Positions 52,687 to 64,000 of a DNA stretch of 64,000 bases are shown one piece after another. The notes under the pieces were generated by a model. The model made no database searches. It saw nothing but the letters and a program-made list of their open reading frames with translations, and was not told the DNA's origin. This stretch comes from Vicugna vicugna (lineage: Eukaryota). The stretch is taken from contig MU058781.1 in NCBI GenBank assembly GCA_013265495.1, positions 4,899,050 through 4,963,049 of the forward strand, given 5' to 3'. The first letter of the stretch is position 1. Every line of letters starts with the position of its first letter. Made by a program: the position numbers and the translations under genes.

Positions 52687-54519
52687 TTCACTGCTTGGTA
52701 CGGATTTGAGATGGTAAGGATTCTGCTTGTTTTAATTTTAGATTAAGTTAATTTCCGTGTTAATCTGCAACATGTTTCTTTTTGTGAGACTATAAACTGT
52801 TTCCTGGTGAAGTCAGGAAACCCTAAGAGCTGTTTGACCTGAGAGGAAATACTACTCCTCTCACCTGGGTGGAATTAAACTTGGACATTTATTTATTGAG
52901 TGGTTGCTTTTGTGAAACCATTTGGACTAACCCAAGTCCCTTACTTCAGTGGGGATTGAAACATAATTCATACGCGTGGGAAGCTGCTGTCCAAGGCTGA
53001 GCTTTCTAAGAGTGGTCAAACAAGGTGTTTCAAAGGCCCTAAGGGTTTGGATGGGTACTGGCAATGGAGATGGCCCAGGAAGGATGGTTCTGTTGTTGAT
53101 TTTGGAAAAGTCCTGGGATGATTTGAAGTTGAGGGAATCCTATTTGTTTTACATTAGTTTACCTTATTTGCCTAAATATTATGCTGGAGGTGTAATTTAA
53201 GGCAGTGCGTCCCAAACACTTTAAACTTTCAACATGTATAGAAAGGGAAGGCCTGTGGGGTCACCAGGTCGGGCTGCACTCAGCCAGAGGCAGCTTGCCC
53301 ATGCGTGGCGTTGATCTGTGTTCATTCTTGTAAAGATAGTGCCGTTCATTTCCTTCTACTTGGAGAAAGGCCTTAGGTGTTTTCTAAATTTTTCCCATCT
53401 CATGATTTGAATGTGTGGATTTATAGAGCTTATAATTACTATCGGATTTACCATGTGGACCAGTGCAGTTTTGCTTTGCTTGTGAATTTCTTAGATCCCA
53501 TTTCCCCCAAATTTAGAGGACCTTTTACGTAGCTTTTGGAAACAACCTGTTATGACTTGAGCCACATTAAATGTTTAGAGTTTGCTATGAGTATATTTAA
53601 AGCCAGGAGAGTGATAACTCATATGCTTTTGGGAAAATACCCCACAGTCCACAAATCCCTTAATTTGTAATTTGTTGCTTAATCTCACCTGCTGCCAAAT
53701 CTCGTGTATCTTTCTATCATCTCCATCGTCTTTAGGGTCCTTCTGCAGAGTCCCAGATTTAGCGTCCTCATAGTTTCTTTCCAAGAGATTGTAAAGCAGT
53801 CCAGATCTCTCATTCCAGGAAGTTTGAGGGCAATGAAGGAAACATGAGCTGTTTTATAACCTGAGACTTGCCTCTCAAGGAGAGGAGTGGCAAGAGCTGT
53901 GCCCAGCCTGCCAGCCAGGCTGTGCCCGTGCTGTGCCTGATGTCCTGGGACCCTGACCTGTCACTAGTGCTCTTGACTCATTCCCGCTCTGGTGTAATGG
54001 GGCCCGCTCTTTCTGCACACAGGCGTCTTCCTGGATGCCCCACCCCGCCCTTGTCTTCTGGGTTATTTCTTCGCCAGGTCTGAGCTTCCCTTTGTCAGGT
54101 AGATGGACGGGCATCCTGGTCACGGTTGGCACCTGGTCTGATGACAGGGAAAGCCATCTGGGCCTGAGACTCCGGGCCAGCTTCTGCTGCTGTCTGAATT
54201 GGCAGTCTCCTTCCAGTTTTCTGTGGTTCTGAACTAGTTCTGCTGCCTTCTGATTGATGCATGAAGGCAGCTCAAGGTCTCCATGTTGGAAACATTTAAC
54301 TGTTACTTCTGACAGTCTCCTGCCTTCCCATACGGTTGGGTATTTGTGGAGGGACTCATTGAATCTGTTTTTAAAGTTGTGTTCCACCTTCTAGAGGGTC
54401 AGTGATTTGTCTTTGGTCCTGATCAGGGCAGATGGGACGGCAGTGGACATACTCCGTTTTGGCAAGCAGGGGCTTCTGCAGATTTCTAGAGGGATCTGCA
54501 CTTGAAATGGCCTAGCCTG

Positions 54520-54555
54520 TACCCCGGTGGCTTTACCCCGGTGGCTTTACCCCGG
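54520..54555. repeat. 14-bp tandem repeat TACCCCGGTGGCTT, about 2.6 copies
   Basis: taccccggtggctt taccccggtggctt taccccgg, exact copies. Confidence 0.9.
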
Positions 54556-57500
54556 CTCACTGAGTCCTTGACCTGACTTCAGACTAGTGCTGTTTTTTGA
54601 AAAGGGCCTTTCCAGTTGGAAAGTGTTACAGTTGTAAAGGGTGAGCTGGAAGTCTCTCAGCTGGCACTTTCTGAATCCCTCAGAGGAAAATATTGGCACA
54701 CACTCCACTCTCCAACTGAACCCTCCTTATAAATCCAGAAGCCAAGAGTTACGAAGCCATTGCACAGGGCCAGGTCGAACTGTGTGGGGGGACACGTTGT
54801 CATCCAAGCTGAGATAGCCGACTGGCTCCTGATAATAGTCCCATTTCCTTCCCCCTTCTGCCCACATTTTGATGTTAATCTTCTTGCCACTGAAAATAGA
54901 AGTGTCTAGTGAAGGCAATTTACAGTGTGTTTCTTTCATTCTTTTTTTTTCTGGAGAGCCTTTTCTGCAGGAGATGCAAATAGCTTTCTGGTCCGTCTTC
55001 CTCCCCCCCACCCCCTGGTCTTTTACAACTTAAATCAGAAGGAAAATGGCAGGCTGCTAGATTCAACAAGTGTTGCACCTTTTAAGGAAAGTTGCCTTTT
55101 TTCGTTTTTTGGCTTTTCTTCTATGGTTTCAGGGGACAAGGTGCTGAGATAAGAAGCAGGAACTTGCCATTGATTTATTATCCTGTTTGTTACCATCTGT
55201 CTGCCTCGCACTTCAGTCTGTTGGTGGAAAGCCCAGTGTGAACAGGCCATGGGGCCTGAGAGGTTTCCGTCTTCCCGAGCTGTCTGACTGCAGGCTGCGT
55301 GTCATCACTCCTCCCTGGGCCCCCAGAGGTGTCTGGGCATGGAGAGTAGCCCCCGGGAGAGTGCTGCTCCATCCTTGGACACCTCTGCCGCCGCACTCGC
55401 AGGCCCAGCAAAGATGCCCTCGCTAGCAGTGTCCACAGTGTCAGCCAGCCCCCGTGGTGCCTCTTCCCTCCCGGGGTCTCCCTTTATGGAAGAATTCCAA
55501 GGGAATAGGTTAAGATTGCCATCAAGTGGCTACTCCTGGTAGTGGATGGGAGGATGCTGGTCACCACCATGGGCTGACTTGTCACACATCCTCCAGTTTC
55601 TTAGCTCCGTGTGAAGCATAATCATGGTCAAGAATGCCTTCTGTCTGAGGAATTGACTGGGTTTTTTAGTGGGGAGTGGTGAGGAGAGAGAGAGCTCAGA
55701 ACATCTATATGGCACATCCTCAGAGAGAAGGCGTCTGTGTGAACAAGAAGTGTGCCTTTCCAGGTGGCTGTAACAGAGGCGGGCTTGGGTGCATGGGTCT
55801 GAGCGGCCCTGCAGCTGTGAATGCACATGATCTAGAGGCTTCCTGGAGAGAACTACTGGGCATTCACCCTCCTGCCGGTTCTGGGCCAGGAGGTCACAGC
55901 CCTCCCGCTCCACTCTTGGAAATTGGTGGAGAAGACCATGCTGTCATCCCTGAAAGGATGGCTCTCAGTCCCACCAAGGGTGAAAAGAACTAACAAACCT
56001 GGTCTGGCCATTCTGTTTGGCTCCTGTTCGTTGCTGCTTAGCTCTGTAAGTGGCGGAATGATTCCTTTCTCAGAGGTGATATTCTTCGGGTTAATGGGGT
56101 GATTAATTTAAAGTCCTTAGTACCTGGCAGAAGGGAAGAATTCAAAGGGCACTTGTTATTGAGGTTCTAGGTATACATTACCTAACCACTTCTCATAAAA
56201 GCTGTGGCTTTGTCATTAAACAGCACACTTAAGAGACTGCATTAAAGTCAGGTTGCTTGGTTCCCTGCGTCTGGGTGCCAGCATCCTGTAATTAGACCTC
56301 ACCCTAGGACTTGGAGAGAAGAAACCCCGACCACGCTAGAAGGAAGTGATCCCTGTTTAGTTTTCCCCAGCAGGTCATTCCTCGGTGGTGCTGGGAAACC
56401 TGCCCTGTAGGAGTAGTAAGAGTTAGGTTTGTATTGGCAGGGCGCCCCTACCTGTGCACAGAGCACTGAATTCTGTGGGCTCTGAGGAGCCTGAGAGGAT
56501 GGTTCCTGAGCTGGTGCTTGGTATGTGGAAGAAGATGGATCTGTGCCAGCTGGGCTGGTGGGGACAGACCTGAGGCCAGCAGAGGGGGAAAGTGACTTTG
56601 GAGTACATCAGAATGGCACCTAAACTTCAGGTCACAGTCGAAAGAAAATTCTTAGGGCCTATATATTTTCAGCTGCCTTTTAGAAAGGATAGGGGCTGTG
56701 TTATGTAACCACTCATACTGCAATCTGTCAAATCACATTAACCCCAAATTCCTGGATTCCAGCCATTTAAAGCAATATTGGATGCGTCAGAAATTTGATG
56801 TGCTGTAGTAAGCACTGACATTGTCTTATAATTCTAGTTCTGCCAGTAACTGGGTATCGCTCTGAGCAGTCATCCCCACACTGGTTTCGTCCTTAAGTAA
56901 AGTAAAGCACTTGACACCCCTTTGTCTCACTTGGTTCTGTTTCAGTGAGAGGGATGACAGGGTATGTTTATGGCAGACTCGAATTCTTCCAGTTTGCCCG
57001 ATGCCCTGTGCTGTTGGGTTTGGAAACATTTGGGTGCTTTCGCAGAATTTGGAGGGAAGTGGATAGGAGGTAATCTAGAGGAAATGTGTCATCGTTGGCC
57101 ACTCCTTCTCTCCTGTGGCGGGAGCATCCTTCCTCACCCCCGCCTCTCCCTGAGCACAGGAGTGGGAGGGCGATGCTTTCTCTGTGGAGGTCTCACACAG
57201 GTGTAGACACCAAGGCAGCCAGCCAGAGTCCTCTGTGGGTTCACACCTCTCAGCCCCTGTCACTGTGAGGGCAGCAGGCTGCAAGTCTAACTCCAACAGT
57301 TTCCTGTGGCACTTTGTGCATCTTAGTTGATACTCGCTGACCTTTTCACCCGCAGGCTACATGGGTATCACCTAAAACCATTTGTGATAAAAATCCCCCT
57401 TTGGGGTAATTGCTTTGCATAGAAAAAGTTTCTGCCGTTTTTTAGTTTTCTGAATAAGCTTGTGGCTTTTGAATGGTTCCACCCTCCCGTTTTCCCTTCT

Positions 57501-57737
57501 CCCCTCCTTTAAGAGCTAGATTACACCGTGAGCCATCTGCCGCTGAACTGAGGGGATTTGTCAGCTTGCTGCTCTGTTCACTCCCACTTTCCCTTCTCCC
57601 TGCCGTCTGTCTGTCTAATGTGCCCTTTTTACTGGGTCTTCGCTCCTAGCCAAGGACAGCAGAGAGATACGTGGACTGCTGCTGCCTGCAGGCTTGGCGG
57701 CAGGGTCTGGAGACGAAGTGTTTGAAAAGTCTGTAGA

Positions 57738-57915
57738 TCTGCTCCATCCAGGAGAGCTCTGGGCGAGGATATGTTCTGTGTCGGCGCTGTCCTGTACAGT
57801 GGCCACTAGCCACTTGTGACTCCTGCTTCCTTGATACCTAGCCAGTCTGACTGCTAGGCTCAGTTAATTTTAAAAGCCACATGTGACCAAAGGCTACCAG
57901 AGTAGATCGTGCAGT
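57738..57915. mobile_element. Diverged MER3-like MITE
   Basis: atatgttctgtgtcggcgctgtcctgtacagtggccactagccacttgtgact...aaaagccacatgtg. Confidence 0.6.
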
Positions 57916-58999
57916 TACAGAGCCAGGATGGGCATAGCGGTGGAGTTCTTCTCTTGTATCCTCATGCTCTGTCTTTTCTTCTTCTTGTTTTTGGCTGGAC
58001 GTCTTTTTAGATGGCCAGTGTAATTAATTTCAGAAACATTCTCTTGATGTGTTATGTAGACAACTGCTGACAAAGTGAAACAAATATTAATGTTTGATTT
58101 GATTCACATGCTTTTAGTGTTTGGGGCAATTCCAGAATACTCCTGCCCATGGTATTAATGTCACAATACTTACATTATCCCTGACTTCAATATAGCGATG
58201 TTTCACGGTCTCCAGAGTTGTCTACTGTCCTCATGTACCTCATCTAGGGTTTTTTGTTATGGCCACATAAGCAATGTTTAGAATAGCTGCTCCTTTTCAT
58301 TAAGTACTGTTGTGTTTGGAAGCTAGTTCTATGATGGCAACACACCTATGTTTTTCCTTTTGATACCATGTTAATAATTTTTAAGATTTCCTTTTTACTT
58401 TGTAGTTAATTAAGGAAATTCATTTTAATTGTGGAAAATTTGGAAATTTCATAAAATGATGCAGATTGCCACTGGGGAGAATACTGGTTTTTATTACTAG
58501 TTTATTTCTTCTGGTCTGCTTTCTGTACACTTATGTATTTTTTTAAACCCAACATAATTGTTCTATGCAGTGGAACCTCTACAGGTTAAATTAAACTGAA
58601 TTTCTGTCATGTTACTAAGTATTTGAAATTGTGATTTAAAAAAATTAATCGGCTCCAAAATGAAACTTTAAAAAGGAAATCATTAAAAAATTAAATATCT
58701 ATAAAACATAATGTGAAGGTTAGTGTTAAATTTATGAAATCTCTAACTTTATTTCACCTGAGAATTTGAAGGTTATTTCTCAAGAATTCCTAATTTTGAT
58801 CAGAGAATGGCAACAGATCAGTTTATTGTAAATTAAATGAAGTACTCCCTAGCCAAATACTTTGAAACACAAAGAGATAATTATTTGAAACATTTTCCTT
58901 TCCAGGAGGAAAAAGGGAGGGGGATTGGTCTTTGATACATTTTATTTAGAAAGGGGCCTCCCCATGGTCTCAAGAAACAGCTTACTCTTGGAACAGCAT

Positions 59000-59260
59000 T
59001 TATTAGGCGTCAACTATTTTTCTCTAGCTTATGCTAGGTTTTGAGGGTTATTAAGATGAGGAAGACTAACTCCTCCTGACAATCAGGTAAACTCCTGCTC
59101 ATCACGGCAGATATTATATAGAATATCATCTGCAGAGTGGGTTGGGTGTGTCCTTGAAGGCTGACCAGCAGGAGGGGCAGGAGCTTTCTGGGCAGACAGA
59201 GAAGAGAATATTGCAAAAGAGGGAACAGCATGTGCAAAGGCACTGAGGCTTGAGAGATCA
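59000..59260 (-). mobile_element. L2 fragment, antisense
   Basis: catttattaggcgtcaactat...gagggaacagcatgtgcaaaggcactgagg. Confidence 0.6.
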
Positions 59261-60024
59261 AGTAACAATGAGGGCTTGTCATTTGCCGTACATGCCCCCA
59301 AGCCAGCTACCCCAACGCCTTCATGAACTATCTATCATAGGCTATTGCCAGGTTTGTAAACCAAAGCACTGATAATCTATTGGCTCAGAAAACTGATATA
59401 GAACTTTCTCACTTAAAAGAAAATGAACAAAGAATTTAAACCAGTAAAAGAACCAACAAAATAATAAAGACAAACTATATCATTTCTTGCACATGAATTC
59501 TTGTTTCTTTAATTTTTTAGTACTACTTTTTAGAAGTGAAATTTCTGAATTAGAGACTTTTGAAAATTGTTGGCATCTGTTACCAAGTGGCTCTCTAGAA
59601 ATACTTGTATCAGTTTACCACCATCTGTTGAGACTCTAGGTTTTGACAGAGTTAGATTTTAAAAGGTGGCCAAATGCTCTTCAGTTGTGACCTGAGTCCA
59701 CTCTGTTTTAGTACTTTGCAAACATGGTTTACCATTAATCGTTATTCGTAAATAGATAAAATGTCCATGCTGTGATTCTGGTTGAGTTTTACTTAATATT
59801 ATTGTGATTTTTTTTTCAGAATCTTAATGTTGATCATGTTCTTTAACTTGGCATCGTTTCTCTATACCTTTTCAAATCCATTACCCGAATCATTTAAAAC
59901 ATACATTAAAAGCTGAAGTATATTTTATCTTCTGTTTCTTTTTACAATCAAATTATGAAAAGTATGTATCAAGAAATTGTATTTCATTAGCACCCAAGTT
60001 TTATTAAGACATACAGGTGGCCCT

Positions 60025-60245
60025 TAATAAAGCACTCACTGTGTGCCACAGGTACTGTTACATACACAATTATTTTAATGTCTTAAACCACCGTTGTTCT
60101 TATGCCCATTTAACAGTTGGGAAAACTAAGACACAGAGAGCTTTTGGTGATTCTCCTCAAGTTCAAGCAGTTCATGAAGAGTAAAACTAGGGTTAGAACC
60201 AGGTGGACTTGTCCAAATTGTGGTGTGTTCTCTGAACCACTATGG
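60025..60245 (-). mobile_element. MIR
   Basis: agcactcactgtgtgcca...tatgcccatttaacagttgggaaaactaagacacagagag. Confidence 0.65.
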
Positions 60246-61639
60246 TTCTTAGTGGCTTAGATGCTTACCACGTCAGTTTTTCCTTTTTTTCAATTAAAAA
60301 ATCTGATGAAACATTGTCTCCCCTCCTGCCCCCGATAGCTTGTTAATTTGAACTTCCTGGTTTAATCATAGTGCCATTTTATTGGTATTAGTGACTGAAA
60401 CCATAGTAACCAAGTTTGTTTCACTAGTTAACATACAGTTGCCCATCCTAGATCTCCCTTCTGTTTCCTTGTAATTATTGGTATTATTTTATAATTGTAC
60501 ATTGTGGCCTAGAAGTCACGTTGGCTGTAGGGCCAGGCACATGCATTATGCAGTTGAGCGCTGTGGTACTTCAGGAATTACCAAGCCCTCTTGGAAAGGG
60601 TCCAAGCCAGACTCCATGTGTACTTAATTCTGCTTGGTATATTGCCAATGTCTTAACTTTTACTAAAATACAATTCTAACAGGCGATGTTTACTATTTAT
60701 GATGGCTGCTATATAGTGCCCACACTTCAGTAATGTTTTTGAAAGTCACACATATTAGCGCAGTGGATCATTTTTCTGTATTGGCTTTTAAAATAATAAT
60801 GTAAGTGATATGATCAATACTGTGTAATTCAGCCCAAATAACAGGAATATCTTTTGAGTACATGGCTAATGCAGTACAGTCTCTTATTCCTGTATGGACT
60901 TCTAGACTCTGCAATCTTGCATGCTTTTCTCTCACACAAGGCAACTGACTTCACCCTGTATTTTTGGGAAATTGCTGTTTGGAGCATGTAACGCAAATGC
61001 TAAGGTGCCTCTTGAATGCAGTAACTTGTACAGGTAGCAGGAAATTGGAGAGCTTTTGGAGGTCATGGGTGGTCGGGGGTACTACAGGACTGGAAGGCTT
61101 GTCTTTCCTTCATGAAGTGGGTCCTAGCCTTCAGCATGGGCTGATGTCCTTGACTGGATACACGAATAAAAGAAGGTCTTAATACTTCTGAGGCAGCAGG
61201 TTCTTTAATTAATCAACACAGGGTACTATTAGATATCCAGATTTGATTAAGGTGAGCAAATGGATTGCTCTTTCACATTTCATCCACATCCACGATTGGG
61301 GTTTGCTACAGTCATGTATTTTTAAAATGCTGAGTACAGCTGGTAGGCCACTGGAGATGGCCCAACCCAGAGATAATGAAATGGTTGTGCACGTAGGTGT
61401 GTCTTTGATTCTGAAGCTCTCAGCAGCAGAATAGGTCCTCAGATGTCATGCTGGTTAGGTGATGATTAGGTGGACGGTGGGCATGTACCTGGCTGGCTGC
61501 AGAGCGTTTCTTTGGATAGGAAATCCTTTCTGAAATTCTGGAGTAGCAATTGTAGTGATTTGTACTCTGGAGCCTAAAGACCTAAGAGGTCTTTATAGTC
61601 AAACATTTGGAGATTCAGGGTTACATTGCTGATCCACAA

Positions 61640-62070
61640 GCAAAAATTGACACCTGCTTTGGAAACTAGTTTGCAGTTAACTTACACATTTGAGTGTTTG
61701 TATATTTGAGGATTTCCAGTAATTCCACTCCTAGGTGTGTATTCCAGAGAAACTCTAGTACCTGCTCTCCATGAGGCACGCAGAAGGATGTTTGCTGCAC
61801 GGCTCATGATAAACCAGCAACACTTCAGATGAACAGGAGAATCAAAATGAATTGTGACACATCCATACAGTGGAGTATGATAAATAATAGTGAAAATGAC
61901 CAGGCAGAGTATAAGCAAAATCATGAATGGATCTTAGTAACCTCATGTTGGGGGAGAAAGATCTTCCAAGACTTAACACAGTGTGATACACTTTTGGTGA
62001 AGCTCCTAATCAAGCTTAGTGAAATAACACATTATTTAGGCACGTGTATTTGTGCTGTAATTTAAAAAAT
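61640..62070 (+). mobile_element. Old L1 (L1MC/ME-type) fragment, sense
   Basis: ctttggaaactagtttgcag...ccagtaattccactcctaggtgtgtattccagagaaact...atccatacagtggagtat...atgaatggatct. Confidence 0.7.
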
Positions 62071-63267
62071 AATGAAATAGGGTAGGGGAAGCAGAATAGA
62101 TAATGTTTAGTGGGTTTGTAAGTATCCTTTATATTATAAAAAATTAAACAGGGCTAGACTGGAGTTGATAACACTTGGGGAGTCTTGTCTTCATTTAAGA
62201 ATTGAGACTTGCTCTGATCTTTGAATGTTGAAACTTACCGGGTGATGCCATCAATCATGTTAACTTTGAAAAGAAACAGTCTCTCCCTTTCTACCCTTCC
62301 CTCTTTTCAGAATTTAAATGCTGAAAGTTGTGTTGCTGTTCCTAGTTGTCAGTTTTACTGTGTGTCTCCCAGAGGGTGCTGATGCCATTAGTCCATCTGG
62401 TGCTAAAGATTTGTTTCTTCTTTGGTAAACCAGCATTTTATCTAAACAGTCCAAAACCTATTGACGTTTACAGGGACGACCCAGCAGCAGAGCACAGGCC
62501 AGAGTGGACACACAAGGCCAACTTAGCATGTGTTTTAGGTAATACAGAGTCCGTGGTCAGATGCTGATGATGATTTTGGAAGTAAGAGCAGCCTGGGGCC
62601 AATATCTTGTCTTTGTGAAGTTAAACACTTTGTCACGTTCTCTGTTGATGGGAAAAGGCAGGAGCAGTGAAGCCAGGGAGAAGAGAGAGAGGAAAGAGCA
62701 GATAGACCTTACCCCCGTGGCTGTGTACACTCCTGTTGGATTGGTCAGAGGTGGGGATGTTAAGGATGGCCAGTATCTGTTCATGACCCTCAGGCTTCAT
62801 TTCTGATTGGTGGTTTATGTCTTGTGGTTCCTGCTTTCTTACTAATCTTTTTTCAGAATTACCGTACATTCAAATATCTGCCTCACATCCCCTTTCCAGC
62901 TCTCCGTTTTGTGTGTTTTGATTAGTGAAGGCACCCAAAGACAAATCCCAGTACAAAGAGCACGAAAAAGCCAAATAGGCATCCCTTAAATGTCCTTTAA
63001 TTGACTGTGTATGACTTATGCTGCAGTGGGATCCATGCCAAACAGTTGTTCAACATAATAGAAATGTATTGCACTGGAGAGAACTGAATGAGGGTCTGCT
63101 CTGGGCTTACACTGGCCATGTAATGATTGGAGAGGGATTTTCCAACCCTGTGTGTTCTACAAGGGAATTGTATCATGAGATTGTTCTAGTGTGTTAGCTT
63201 GCCCCCATCCCCAAAGACCTAGGATTCTTGGATGGCCTCCTGCTTGATGAGAGCTTGTAAGGAACTG

Positions 63268-63360
63268 ACGCTGTGATCTTGGCTAAGAACCAGACCTGCA
63301 TAAGCTTCAGTTTACTCATCTGTAAAGTGGAAGATTGTAGTAGGTTATCTCTAGGGCCCT
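63268..63360 (+). mobile_element. MIR core fragment
   Basis: ctgtgatcttggctaag...agcttcagtttactcatctgtaaagtgg. Confidence 0.65.
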
Positions 63361-64000
63361 ATCTGTAATTTTGGTTTTAAATTGGCGGAAATCAGGTAGC
63401 GGTTAGGGAAGACCATCCCCTGCCTCCTGATACTTTTTGTTTGAAAGTGAGGCAGGTAGATAGGTCATGGTGATTTAGAAATTGGGAGCCAGCTATAGCA
63501 GAAAGGGTTAGGGACCAGCCCTGCCGAGCTAACAAAGCTGCCCTCAGGGTCTTTGTGAAATAACTGCACCTGTGAAAAGCCAAGAAACTGCTCAATCAGT
63601 AGTTAAATAACAACAACAAACTAAAAATGACAGTAAAGGGGCATTCTTTCCCCAGTTGCCTTGGACAAATCTGTGAGTCCAGCTCTCAAGGCCACGTGGG
63701 TTCTCTGCATGTGTGGCCACCACCCTTTTGCCCCACAAGAAAGGCAGAAAGAGGAGGGTGTGGGGTGGTGTCCAGAGCATGTGTTTTGAACGTTATAATT
63801 GCCAGCTGAAGTTCGAAAGCTTCAAAAGAATCGACTTTGAAAATCAAAAAAGCTTATGACACGTGAGAGGAGATGCGAGCTGCAGTGATGGGAGGCCAAG
63901 GAGCTGGCCAGCCCTGCAGGAATGTTGCCTTTTCACCCCTTTCGGCAGCTGCCAGGCCACAGAGCCCATTTTGTGAAAGATCCTCCAGAAACAATGGGGA

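Overview
Mammalian (eutherian) genomic DNA, probably camelid judging by three tRNA-derived SINEs. The whole window lies inside JARID2 (Jumonji, PRC2.2 accessory subunit) on the + strand. It contains one confidently recognisable coding exon (43111-43246, 136 nt, [45 protein letters not shown]+G, equivalent to human exon 2). The rest is intron, filled with old transposon fossils (L1, L2, MIR, MLT1 LTRs, hAT-Charlie, Tigger/MER2, a Kanga/Tc2-like remnant), microsatellites and one assembly gap. Nearly all ORFs in the supplied track are chance ORFs. I found no convincing new multi-gene system. The best leads are two frame-preserving, stop-free candidate cassette exons in intron 1 (10552-10632 and 3983-4054) and several transposon-free, homeodomain-motif-rich blocks that look like enhancers. 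Repeat family names are recalled by eye and their boundaries are approximate.
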